A DNA stretch of 64,000 nt from Atractiella rhizophila (lineage: Eukaryota), in NCBI GenBank assembly GCA_021432655.1, contig MU271187.1, forward strand, positions 1 to 64,000, written 5' to 3'. Made by a program: the position numbers and the translations under genes. Below the pieces are notes generated by a model. The model did not search any database. It had not been told where the DNA came from and was given only the letters and a program-made list of their open reading frames with translations. Shown piece after piece: positions 12,601 to 25,013 of the stretch; position 1 is the stretch's first letter, and every line of letters begins with the position of its first letter.

Positions 12601-13029
12601 TCTTGGACCAATGGCAAACGTCCTCAGTGCAAGAAGGAGCGAATCCTTCAGAGCTGGAAGCTGGGAACGTGGAATCTGCTCGAGATCATAATTTATCTAA
12701 GCAAGTGGTCAGACCACCAGATCGTAGATATCGAACATGAAGACGCGCCTTGGAGCGAAAGGTTTGTGCTGCGAAAACTCGAGCCTCTTCTGCCACTTCC
12801 GCACCACCTAACAGAATTGTGTTGACGGTGTTCCATGCTTCCTCCTACATCAGCATTATGTATCCAATCAGTTCTACGGGGCTGAGATGAATAAACTCAC
12901 AGTATGTTGGAAGTCTTGAAGCCAATTGTTGGCATTGTCCTTCGCAGATTGGTCGGGATTTCTGTAAAGCGTGTCTAGAGCCTGAGATACTGCCACTACA
13001 GACGAGCCGGGAAGCATTGTACTGCTCAT
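9691..13029 (-). CDS. MTR10: Importin-beta family nuclear import receptor MTR10 / transportin-SR, multi-exon
   Basis: ALDTLYRNPD...ANNWLQDFQ, FAAQTFRSK, LADLALQMPEW, ITFSFWYKL, DDFREFRHAIGDTLKDCC, WQAVEAPLFSMRTMG. Confidence 0.92.
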
Positions 13030-13272
13030 TGCTCAGTCGCTGAGATTGTAGTTTGGTTTGGGTTTGATGACAACTGGTCGACGTGTGAATATCCTAACTC
13101 GTGCAATGCATGGTGACACGAGATGACATGCATGAGAACACGAGAAGCCACATTTCAAATTTCATGCTGCTGATGGTCTCCAGGTCATGGTCACTCATGC
13201 ATGAGACTCATTACGATTACGCCGATTTCCTTTCAAAACAGTCAAACAGAAACATTCAAATGAGCATAGACC

Positions 13273-13339
13273 AAGAAATGAGAGACGAAGGAACAAGAAA
13301 TGAGAGACGAAGGAACAAGAAATGAGAGACGAAGGAACA
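13273..13339. repeat. 22-bp tandem repeat, 3 copies
   Basis: AAGAAATGAGAGACGAAGGAAC x3, just downstream of the kelch gene stop codon. Confidence 0.9.
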
Positions 13340-13395
13340 TTTCGAAGGGCCGAAAGATGCTTAAAGACAGATAAGAAGGCTATATCGACATAAAA

Positions 13396-16300
13396 TTACT
13401 TTGAAGTCTGGAAAGAACGACCTGTATCTAACGAATATTCGGAGGAAGCCCGCTGATGATCCATCGAGGACTTTTCTTCTCCAACCATGTTCTCTTCAAT
13501 CGATTCCAGAAGGATAGACACTTTCTGCTGCAGATCTTGAACCTGAAGATCCAGAGATTCCTTCTCCCTTTTCAGTCGCGCCTCGCTTTGCCTTGCCCGA
13601 GACAACTCTTCACGTAATTGTGTTGCTGACGCATCGTTCGATCGATGTAATGCCTCGATTTGATCTTCATATTCAGCTTTAAGTGATGACATCTTCTTTT
13701 CCAAAGCCTTGTTCTCGGATGAAGCTTGCGTGCTGAAGTGAGATAACTCGCGCAACTGTGCTCTTACCGACTCCAATTCCTTCTTCATGTCCTGAGAGGT
13801 GGTGTCGTCACTTTTAGCAGCTAACTGAGTTTCCAGCTCCTCGGCTTTTTCTTTGCTCTTCGCGAGCTCATCTTTGAGTTTCCGTTGAAGTTTTTCGGTT
13901 GATTTGATGTATAGCAAGGCCTTGGAATGCGAGCCTTCGAGTTGGCGATGTCGCTCCTGGAGAGTCTGAAGAGTTGATAAGTCTTCTCCCTCATGGCCAT
14001 CAACGCTGCGAGAGGCAGGTCGAGACCGTAACCGATCGAGCTCTTCAGAGAGTTGATCAATCTCTGCATTCTTGCGAAATGTCTCGCGCTGAGCGTTATC
14101 GTGAGCCAACTCCAACTCCCGAGCACGCCGTTCGAGTTCTTCAATGCGCAAAACGTGGTCTGGTGCGTCAGCGGTTGGGGAACGCGTGGGTCGGTTCATG
14201 TCATCCTCATTGACGACCAAACCATTTTCGGTCAGTACCGAGCGCCAGACCCCGATTTTCAGCTCTGCTGCTTCAAATTGACGGTTTTTTTCGCGTAGCT
14301 CAGTTTCCAGCTCGGAAAGCTGTCTCTTCAAACGACTGCTCTCATCCATTGATGTAGAAACATGAGCTCGCAACGACGCGACCTCTGATCGAAGTACAAA
14401 GACCTGCTTTTCAGCTTGGACTTGTTTCCCTTTTGCTTCTTCATTCTCTTGCAGAGAGGTCTCGTACTGTTGGCGCGTTTGTTTCTGCATCGATCGAAGC
14501 GTGTCGGCCTCTGCTTGGATAGCCCTGATGCGATCTGTTTCCAGGCTGTCGTCATCTTCTTTCGGTTTTAAATTTCGAGAATTAGAAACGAGTTCAGCCA
14601 ATGACTCCGAAGTCAATTTACGCATCGCGCTGCACTCTTCCCTCAAGTTTTTGAGGACCGTCTCGACCTCGATAACCCTTGCATTAGCTCTCTCAACCTC
14701 AGCCTTTTGTGCGTCAACCTCCATCTGTAGCTGCTTCGTGCGTAAAGTCTCAGCGGACAGTTCCGATTTTGTCTGTTCCCACAAAGTTTCCATCTCGTCG
14801 GCTTGGGCATTAGCGGCTGTAAGAGTGGATCGAGTCTGTTCAAGGGTACGCAGATATTGATCGAGAGACGCTTGGGCTTCTTGAACTTGATCCTTCAGTC
14901 GAGTATTTTCAGCCGCTGCTTGGGTCGAAGCAGATGAGAGGATCGCCATCTTTTCGAAATGATCCTGTACAGTACCTTCGTTGGTTCTAGCTCGGCGCTG
15001 CAATTCGGCGTAGTCCGTGAGAGATCGAGTGTAAGACGTTTCAGCAGCTTGAGCTCTTTCTATAGCTGACGCAGCATTGTCTTCTGCTGTCTTTCTCATA
15101 TCTTGTTCGTGCTTCAGTTGCGACTCCAGTTGTGTGATTCGTTGAAGCGCGTCATTCCGTATGCCCAGCGATTCACTGAGTTTCCGTTCCAAGTCGATCA
15201 AGCGCTCTTTGTCTAGCTTGTTCATATCAACCAGAGCATTACCTTCTATCGCCGCCAATTTGGAACGGTAATACGCTGCTTCCTTGGTTGCCGCCAACCT
15301 CAGTTGATGCGCTTCCGTCAGCTTTCCGTCCCATAACACAGCTTGCTCTGCCATGACGACCTGACTATCCTGTTAGAGCCATTATGACAACAATGTAGGA
15401 CGCACTTTAGCGCGGCCAAGTTCCTGCTTGAGTTGCATCATGAGGTCAAATAATAGGCGATGATCGCTTCCTTCCGCTCCGATAGCTATGTCTTTCACGG
15501 CCTCCGTATCTGCCGGATCTGTGCTGGCTGGGGGTAGAAATCCTTTGGTCGACGCGAGTGCGAGCGCGGCCAGCATCCAAGCCTGATCTGCCACCATTTG
15601 TTTTGGAGCCCTTTCTTCTGGATTGTCGATTGATTTGGTAGGTGCGGAAGAAGGCAGCACCGCAGGCGCCTTTGTTGCTTCAAAGGATTGAGGTTGTCGA
15701 TGATCATTTTCTGAGGGCGTCGGGCCCATAGACAAGATCCAGAGATTCCTTCTCCCTTTTCAGTCGCGCCTCGCTTTGCCTTGCCCGAGACAACTCTTCA
15801 CGTAATTGTGTTGCTGACGCATCGTTCGATCGATGTAATGCCTCGATTTGATCTTCATATTCAGCTTTAAGTGATGACATCTTCTTTTCCAAAGCCTTGT
15901 TCTCGGATGAAGCTTGCGTGCTGAAGTGAGATAACTCGCGCAACTGTGCTCTTACCGACTCCAATTCCTTCTTCATGTCCTGAGAGGTGGTGTCGTCACT
16001 TTTAGCAGCTAACTGAGTTTCCAGCTCCTCGGCTTTTTCTTTGCTCTTCGCGAGCTCATCTTTGAGTTTCCGTTGAAGTTTTTCGGTTGATTTGATGTAT
16101 AGCAAGGCCTTGGAATGCGAGCCTTCGAGTTGGCGATGTCGCTCCTGGAGAGTCTGAAGAGTTGATAAGTCTTCTCCCTCATGGCCATCAACGCTGCGAG
16201 AGGCAGGTCGAGACCGTAACCGATCGAGCTCTTCAGAGAGTTGATCAATCTCTGCATTCTTGCGAAATGTCTCGCGCTGAGCGTTATCGTGAGCCAACTC

Positions 16301-19300
16301 CAACTCCCGAGCACGCCGTTCGAGTTCTTCAATGCGCAAAACGTGGTCTGGTGCGTCAGCGGTTGGGGAACGCGTGGGTCGGTTCATGTCATCCTCATTG
16401 ACGACCAAACCATTTTCGGTCAGTACCGAGCGCCAGACCCCGATTTTCAGCTCTGCTGCTTCAAATTGACGGTTTTTTTCGCGTAGCTCAGTTTCCAGCT
16501 CGGAAAGCTGTCTCTTCAAACGACTGCTCTCATCCATTGATGTAGAAACATGAGCTCGCAACGACGCGACCTCTGATCGAAGTACAAAGACCTGCTTTTC
16601 AGCTTGGACTTGTTTCCCTTTTGCTTCTTCATTCTCTTGCAGAGAGGTCTCGTACTGTTGGCGCGTTTGTTTCTGCATCGATCGAAGCGTGTCGGCCTCT
16701 GCTTGGATAGCCCTGATGCGATCTGTTTCCAGGCTGTCGTCATCTTCTTTCGGTTTTAAATTTCGAGAATTAGAAACGAGTTCAGCCAATGACTCCGAAG
16801 TCAATTTACGCATCGCGCTGCACTCTTCCCTCAAGTTTTTGAGGACCGTCTCGACCTCGATAACCCTTGCATTAGCTCTCTCAACCTCAGCCTTTTGTGC
16901 GTCAACCTCCATCTGTAGCTGCTTCGTGCGTAAAGTCTCAGCGGACAGTTCCGATTTTGTCTGTTCCCACAAAGTTTCCATCTCGTCGGCTTGGGCATTA
17001 GCGGCTGTAAGAGTGGATCGAGTCTGTTCAAGGGTACGCAGATATTGATCGAGAGACGCTTGGGCTTCTTGAACTTGATCCTTCAGTCGAGTATTTTCAG
17101 CCGCTGCTTGGGTCGAAGCAGATGAGAGGATCGCCATCTTTTCGAAATGATCCTGTACAGTACCTTCGTTGGTTCTAGCTCGGCGCTGCAATTCGGCGTA
17201 GTCCGTGAGAGATCGAGTGTAAGACGTTTCAGCAGCTTGAGCTCTTTCTATAGCTGACGCAGCATTGTCTTCTGCTGTCTTTCTCATATCTTGTTCGTGC
17301 TTCAGTTGCGACTCCAGTTGTGTGATTCGTTGAAGCGCGTCATTCCGTATGCCCAGCGATTCACTGAGTTTCCGTTCCAAGTCGATCAAGCGCTCTTTGT
17401 CTAGCTTGTTCATATCAACCAGAGCATTACCTTCTATCGCCGCCAATTTGGAACGGTAATACGCTGCTTCCTTGGTTGCCGCCAACCTCAGTTGATGCGC
17501 TTCCGTCAGCTTTCCGTCCCATAACACAGCTTGCTCTGCCATGACGACCTGACTATCCTGTTAGAGCCATTATGACAACAATGTAGGACGCACTTTAGCG
17601 CGGCCAAGTTCCTGCTTGAGTTGCATCATGAGGTCAAATAATAGGCGATGATCGCTTCCTTCCGCTCCGATAGCTATGTCTTTCACGGCCTCCGTATCTG
17701 CCGGATCTGTGCTGGCTGGGGGTAGAAATCCTTTGGTCGACGCGAGTGCGAGCGCGGCCAGCATCCAAGCCTGATCTGCCACCATTTGTTTTGGAGCCCT
17801 TTCTTCTGGATTGTCGATTGATTTGGTAGGTGCGGAAGAAGGCAGCACCGCAGGCGCCTTTGTTGCTTCAAAGGATTGAGGTTGTCGATGATCATTTTCT
17901 GAGGGCGTCGGGCCCATAGACCGATAGACGCCTTGATCCTGCATAGGCGTTCTGCTTTTGCCATTTGAAGGTGACATAGAACGGGTATTCACCATTTGTG
18001 TTGGGGAGGCAGCTCTAGAAGGGCCACCCGCCACAAACGTCTTGCGCAGTTGCATTGAAGGATCGTCATCACCTTCACGACGAGGTCTGATAGGAGCGGC
18101 ATTTTGAACGATTCCGTTCGATTTTTTCCCGGGTTGGTTCTGCGCCAAAGATTGTTGAGCAGCCGGTCGACGTCCCTCAACATTAGGTGGTGAGGCCGCT
18201 CGGCGTCGATCCTCATCCGTAAGGTTATTGAGAGGAATCTGGTTCGCGGCTACATCTCCTGTGGACGGGGGCGTAGGAGTCATGGAAGGAGGAACGACTT
18301 GAACGGAAGGAGGCGCATGATTGCCACTTGACTGACTTGGCACCTGTGTAATCTGGGTCGCCGACGTCTTCTTCCCAATCTGTTGTGACTGTGGCTGACC
18401 ATCCTTCGCCTTTGAGTCGGCAGGGTATTTTATCTTGGCTGCAAATTCTTTCAGCACAAAACAAAAGGATACCAAGAAACCGACCTGTATCTAACACATG
18501 AACGAACGACGGGTCGTCCATTTTTTTGCTGGTGTAGGATTCTCCGCCAAGGACGAAGACTTTGCTCTGCCAGGTCGCCATTGCATGACCAGAACGACCG
18601 GACGGGTTGGGGCCCATATTCTGGAACATATACCACCTTCGATCTATACGAATATCAGCGCAGCTGAGATGCTGTGATGGACTACAGACTAGATATCTTG
18701 AATGCTGCCAAATCTTCCAGGTCTTTGCCATCAACCCCCCGTCCACCGAAAACGTACATCACATCATCCACAAGCGTAGCGGCATGTCCCTCGCGGGGAA
18801 CTGGGATATACCCTATACAGGATAGTTCTTGCCAAGTCTGGGTATTTGTATCGAAGCACCACGTGTCATTGTAGTGATACGAGCCATCGGTCCCGCCGAA
18901 GCTACACGAAGAGTCGGCAACTATTAGCCAAAGAAAAACATAGGCGTACACGTATATGCAATCGCCATGAGTTACAGTTGTATGACCAGTGCGACGGGCA
19001 GGCAGTACCATCCCGTCTGCATACTCGATGAAGTTCCAACGAGGTGTCCCGGCCTTCACTAGCGAGAAAGATTGAGCAAAATCGCCAGCAAATTTGGAAC
19101 AGAACTAACACTTCTGTAAATCAAACCAGCTCAGGTCGTTCAAAAATCCACCATCGTCCTTTTGACCACCAAACACGAAAAAACGGCTGCCAACCATTGC
19201 TGCAGAATGACCATATCGGCCAATAGGTGAACTCCCTTGAATCTTAACCCTTGTCCATTCACGGGTACCTTCCGCAAGTGTTAGCTTGTCAAACGATGTT

Positions 19301-20001
19301 CACGCCGACTAACCCAGGTTCAGTAAATAAAGGCCTTCATCTTGCTTGTCTTCTTTCCGAATCTTAGTATCGCCTCCCCAAACAATTAATACATTCCCCA
19401 CTCCAACGCTCGAATGTCCAACTCTTGCTCCAGGTCTTTCCCCGTAAGTTTCTAGTAGTTGGACTGGTAAGCTGGCGGTGGGATTGGCCACCGTATGGGA
19501 CGTCGAAATGCAGTACAGGTCGTTCTTTACAAGGTCTCGTACAAGCCCTCCAAAAATGTATAGGTCTCCAGAGGAGGACACGGGGTTGATTGAATGGCCG
19601 TAGCGAGGAAATGGTGAGGGAATCGGGCCATCCAGGCTCACCGAGGAGCTCGGTGCCTGCAACTTGACAATAGACCATGGGTAGAGAACATTTTGAGCTG
19701 GTGCGCCGCTGGGAGCCTGCCTAGGCTGATTTGGTGGGGGTCTATTCCCAGCTCGAGGATCACCAGCCATGGCAGGGCCACCTGGCTTCGAGTTTGGGAT
19801 TTGACCAGAGTTGGAAATGACAGAGTCTGGACCTTGGCGAAAGTTGTCTGGAGGATTCCGTAGAGCTACCGGCTGAGAGCTTGAAGAGGGATTCCCCGCG
19901 TTTCTGCTTGCTGCCATTGGAGGAGAAGCCCCTGGCTGCGTGGAAATGCTGGAAGAGTGCTGAGACGAGTGCTTGGGCTTTTTAGTCCCAAAAATTGCCA
20001 T
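13396..20001 (-). CDS. KEL1: Kelch-repeat / coiled-coil cell polarity protein (Kel1/Tea1 family), interrupted as assembled by a 2188-bp internal duplication
   Basis: Kelch repeats PFPRYGHS, LYIFGG, RVGHSSVGVGNVLIVWGG, RTGHTTVT, PREGHAATLVDDVMYVFGG, PSGRSGHAM, then a low-complexity linker and a ~650-aa coiled coil. Confidence 0.88.
13546..17921. repeat. Direct tandem duplication, 2188 bp (13546-15733 / 15734-17921)
   Basis: All ORFs recur at +2188 with identical translations. Junction CCCATAGAC|AAGATCCAG. Confidence 0.97.
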
Positions 20002-20253
20002 GATACCGTAAAAATGACCGCTTCAGTGATAATTAATCAGCGAAGGGCAGGTGGGGAACAAACTAGGAAAGAGAAGGAAAAGTGAAGTGCAGCAGCGTGG
20101 ATGTGTTGGCAGTTGTTCACGTTGGTACGTACAACTCCATCAAGAGGCTGAGCCGAAGCCACTTTGCCCACTCTTTGCTCTGACAGAAAGAACATTCTCG
20201 CTAGCTTTCTAGAGGGACCGATTAGGGAAGAGCAAAAGACATCAATTTGCAGG

Positions 20254-20744
20254 ATGAGTGGGCAAAGATCTCGTTTACGAGGTGAGTTTATTGGGATTTG
20301 GGATGGGGAAGTGAGCAAGGTTTATTTATCTGTCCCTCTTCAGCATGTCTCTTGTGTTCCATCGTCATGAGCGCTGCTGAGTTTAAGAAGCAAGGTTGCC
20401 CCAACTGCGACGACATTCTCAAGGTACCCATATCCTTTTGACACAAACTGCTGAAACCAGAATGTGGAGCAGATGAAGGCGGAACAAGAACGCGTTTTGG
20501 AATGTACAACAGGCACATATGATGGTGCCATAGCATTGATCAACCCTGAGGATAGCTGGGTTGCGAAGTGGCAACGTATTAGTGCGTTCTGTAACATCTT
20601 TGAATTGGGTTGATGTACCCTGCAGACAAATTTGTTCCGGGTCTATACGCCGTACGGCTTACAGGATCATTACCCGACGATATACAGGATGAACTTCGGG
20701 AACGTCGGATTCCCATAAGAGGTTCAGCAGCCGAGGATCATTAG
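20254..20744 (+). CDS. SPT4: Transcription elongation factor SPT4, 4 exons
   Basis: Spliced [17 protein letters not shown]...[11 protein letters not shown]...[39 protein letters not shown]. Not recovered as a single ORF in the track. Confidence 0.95.
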
Positions 20745-21424
20745 GCTCATGGATCCCTCATTATATACCGTCGTTTTCAATAAACTGTTGTAGTTGTGTT
20801 CAACCACTTGCAATCATTCTCCTGTCTCTTGTGTTGGTTCGAATTCGTTCTCAGCCAGCCCAGCCCTTGGCCCGCGAAGAACATTTGGCATGAAATAATC
20901 AAGCAACTTCCGTCAATGCAGACAGGTCTTGCGTTATTTTCAACGTTGTCGCGAACGAACAGAATGGTTTATTTGCAAATGAAAACCAGACTGCCATCAT
21001 TTTCTTCCCGATTTCCTATTTCTGCAGCAAATATTTTGAAAAAGAAAAGCATACGCAAGCAAGTCAAACAAGCCAAGTGCAAAAACACGACGAACGCTGT
21101 GCTTCGCTGCATGTCGAAACAAATGGGAACCGACTTCTTACCCTCACAACTTTCTTATACCAGTAGCCAACGTGGGGCAATCATACCCGTAGAATACATT
21201 GACAATAGTTTTGAGGATTATAGCAACTTGAAGAACAAATGTGCATCAAGTGAATGATAAAATGTGGCCAATAGCGCCGGTATTTTGCGGCGACTTCAAC
21301 CTTTTTATTGATGTTCCTACATATTATATTCCAACTTTCCTGCAACAGGAAACCAAGCAGATACACCAGGATTCGATGACAGAAAATGTCCACCGTCCGT
21401 GCGATGGGAGGTCCCAGGATCCAA

Positions 21425-24400
21425 TCATTTCCACATCTCTCCATTAGTATTTCTGCTCCACCTCATCTCCGTCAAGTTCGGGATGAAAGGCTGCGCCACC
21501 AAAATCTTTCTCTGCTCTCCTATCTGCGCTGAGGTGGCTTGGGCAGGTCGCTCTGTCAGCCGATAGAATTCATCTTCTCCTTCAAAAAAGTATGTGTCGT
21601 GGCCCGAAGAAGTGGTTGTCATAGAGAAATGGCTGCGATCCTGTGATGGAAGTGCTGGCATTGGCGGGATAGGCGAGGGAGCCGACTCTGTAGCTGTTGG
21701 ACTGGAAAAGCGAGACTGTGCCGGATTGGAAGGCATCGAGGATACTCGGGAACTAGCAACTGTGGTCGCCGAGAAGCGAGATTTGATGTTGGAAATGCTT
21801 GGGACAGGCTCAGTCGCGATGTGACTCGCGCGAGGAGGAATCATGATCGGAGCGGGAATGCGAACAGTGAGTAAACGGGGGGTCTTGACCTCTTTTTCCT
21901 GTGAAGTGAAGAGGAGAGGGTGTTTGTTCGAGAGCGCTGGGACATTGTTCGATGAAGTGTTCCCTCGCTTAACGTCCTCCGCCGTTAAACTACCATTCGA
22001 GCTTTGGCTGTCGCTCCTGTTTAATGTTGCAGCTCTCCTCTCCCCACTCGCCGCCGGCGGTACGACCATGTCGAACCCGCGAGGGACACTAATTCCGCCT
22101 TGCACGTTATCCACAAAGATGTATGGTTCTACTTCGTTTGGAAATGCGATCTGCATCTTCTCCTTTTCGTCGTAGTCATCTTCAATACTTAAAGTCGAGT
22201 TGTCACTCTCATCCCAAACGACATTATGGGAAAGGTAGACTCCAAAGATGGCTAAAACGCAGATAAGCACTGTTAATCCTGTCGCGATGGATCCGACGAA
22301 TCTGCCCAGCAATTATCAGATCAACCACTCCCACCTTCGTTTGATGTAATGCGCTTACGTGAGGAATGACCAATCCCAACCTCTGAGTTTGGAAAGAAGG
22401 AACACTTCGTTCAAGAAGACGGCACCAGCGCCGACTCCAAAAACCGCCAGCCTGATGTTCTTGCCTCTTGTCCCGGTCATTCCCCAGCCTTTCCCGCCTC
22501 TCCACCCAATTTTTCTACCCAAGCCATCGACCTTCAAGAAGTTCATCACTTTCTTCCCCCCCTCTGACAGTCTACTTTTCGGTCCCTCCACTATATGCCA
22601 TCCTAATACCAACCATAATGGCAAAAAGACGATGAGAAAAACGAGGAGGGCTTTGTAACCGTCAGTCAGAAACACGCCGCTCATTCCCCTCCCTCTTGCG
22701 TGACAAATTTCGTTGAGCCAGAGAGCTTGGAAGGCAACAATGAAAAACGCGCCCATCTGGAGCGCGATTCTGTAGGACAGCAAAAGCTTGTAAAGCCTTC
22801 CGTGGCCCTTGCTAGCGCCAATGAGTTTCCAGGTCTTCCAGTCCATGATTTTCCACAGCCTCCAGGCTACGGCGGCTAGCAAGGAGGTAACAATGCCTTC
22901 CACAACTAATGTTGCGATGCGAAGATGGAGAACATCCTCCCAATAACGGGGCAATAGTTCCGACCCATTGCAGGACTTCTCCACAATCTCTCTGTGGAAC
23001 CGATCATGAAAGTATTTCGTTGAGAAAGTCTGAAAGACGCTGTATCCGAGAGCTAACAGGTGGCAGATGATGACAGCGAGTAGGTGAGGCACTGAACCAT
23101 ATGCGAGCTGCCCGAATGGTCTGGGTTAGAGTGATGGCACTGAAGAAGCAGCGTACAGCGACAAGAGAAAGAACAGCTAGCCAGGCTTGGAAGAAGACGA
23201 AAGTGATATTCTCCCTCTGCGCATGGGTTAGAAGTTCGATTGGCCATTCCTGTCCCATGTGGTCTCATTAGACTCACACCCTGTCAATAAGGAGAGGAAC
23301 ATGTACGAGCGACTCAGCGCAAGCTTCAGTGACAATCAATTGCCTCCCATTCGCCTGTAATCCGAGAACGGTGAAGCCGACCTCTGAACCACGATCCAAC
23401 TCGGAGTCACTCTCGTGTTCCTCCTTTCTCCTCTTCAATTGGTCCCTCAAGGACGTAGGGACTTTGTGCATTCTCCTCCTCCTGTGAGGAGATTTCAAAC
23501 CCGTCCTCTTGACTAGTCCAGCCACGGCGTTGTCAAAATCAGATTCAACTGAATCAACAAAGCCTTCACAGCGCAAGCTTCAGTGACAATCAATTGCCTC
23601 CCGTTCGACAGTAATCCGAGAACGGTGAAGCCGACCTCTGAACCACGATCATCCTGAGCCGCTTCACCACCCAACTCGGAGTCACTCTCGTGTTCCTCCT
23701 TTCTCCTCTTCAATTGGTCCCTCAAGGACGCAGGGACTTTGTGCATTCTCCTCCTCCTGTGAGGAGATTTCAAACCCGTCCTCTTGACTAGTCCAGCCAC
23801 GGCGTTGTCAAAATCAGATTCAACTGAATCAACAAAGCCTTCAGCTGCCGATCGGAGTTCTGATAGAGGTTTTCCTACGACCGCTTTAAGCGATTCAGCG
23901 ACTGAATCTCCGAGACTGACATCGGCATCCGTTTCATCGGAGGCGTTGGTGTCATCGTCATCCGATTCATCGTCATCCGATTCATCGTCATCTGGCTCAT
24001 CATCGCTCTCCTCCCCATCAGATGTGATGCCTGGTAGGCGAGGAACCGCAGAGTTCGTCACCTTTCCCTCCTTGGAAGTTGTGACGGTGGCGACAGAAGT
24101 AGGTTTCGATGAAATCTGTGAGCGAGTTGTAGAGATTCGCGTGACAGAGACAGACGAAGTTGTTCCGGTGGGTGAGATGGTCGAGAAAGACGATGGCGCG
24201 ACGGAAGTACGACTGAGATCAGTCTCGGTAGAAGGCAGGTTGACCGTGGTCGACAAGTTCTCAAGTTGGGGAAGAAGAACAGCCGAATTATTGCCCAAGT
24301 CAACTTTCAAACCGTTCTGAGGTGCCTCTGCAATCAAGCTGAGAACGCTCAATCCGAAAGCATTCCTATCTAACGCTTCGCCTTGCAAGGTGGTCTGCGT

Positions 24401-24475
24401 GACTAAGTGGATGGTGACCAATATAACGAACCAAGCGGTGGGAGACGATAACATCGAGAGCTCCTTGAGCATCAT
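21425..24475 (-). CDS. Uncharacterised polytopic membrane protein with a Ser/Thr-rich and acidic N-terminal region and Ser/Pro-rich tail
   Basis: Colinear minus-strand ORFs separated by short introns, with many hydrophobic helices at 22.2-23.25 kb. Frame broken by the duplication at 23315-23843. Confidence 0.75.
23315..23843. repeat. Direct tandem duplication (254 bp at 23315-23568 / 275 bp at 23569-23843)
   Basis: Copies differ by a 21-bp in-frame indel and about 4 SNPs. Confidence 0.95.
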
Positions 24476-25013
24476 TTCGCCTCAGGGATTGAAGTGACGT
24501 CGGAAGCCAAAGAAGAATGGGGACAGTCGTGATGATAGAATTCCGGCTTCTTCGTGAGGCTACGAAAGCAAGTTCAGCTACTCGTACAATGACACAAATG
24601 CTTTAGGAAGTCCACATAAAAGCTCGGCTTTGCAATTGCATCATGCTCGTCAAGCTCCATTGCAGCCAAAGTACAATGCCCTTCTATTGTGCCCTTGTAC
24701 CTTCACACACAACCATCACTGCGAAGACTCACCTCAGCACCAGCTATGCAGTTCCGCTTTCCAGAACGAACGAGCCTGAGAACATCAAGTTCTGGAGACG
24801 AGATAATCAAAGAGATATCTCTTTGTAAAGGGAAGAAGAAGAAGGAGAGGAAATGAACAAGGTCGCTCTTGGCTTGCAACCAAAATAGTTGGTTAGAAAC
24901 AGGAGCTCCCTAACCCTACAACGCCGCGTCGCGCTCATCTCAACTCAACCCAACTCACACTTTCACTCACATTAGGACCCTAGAGATCTCAATATTATCA
25001 CTATTTACGCAGT

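Noticed and set aside
13273..13339. 22-bp and 33-bp (5279-5360) direct repeats as CRISPR-like arrays
   Set aside because: Contiguous repeats without unique spacers, in a eukaryotic context with no cas genes.
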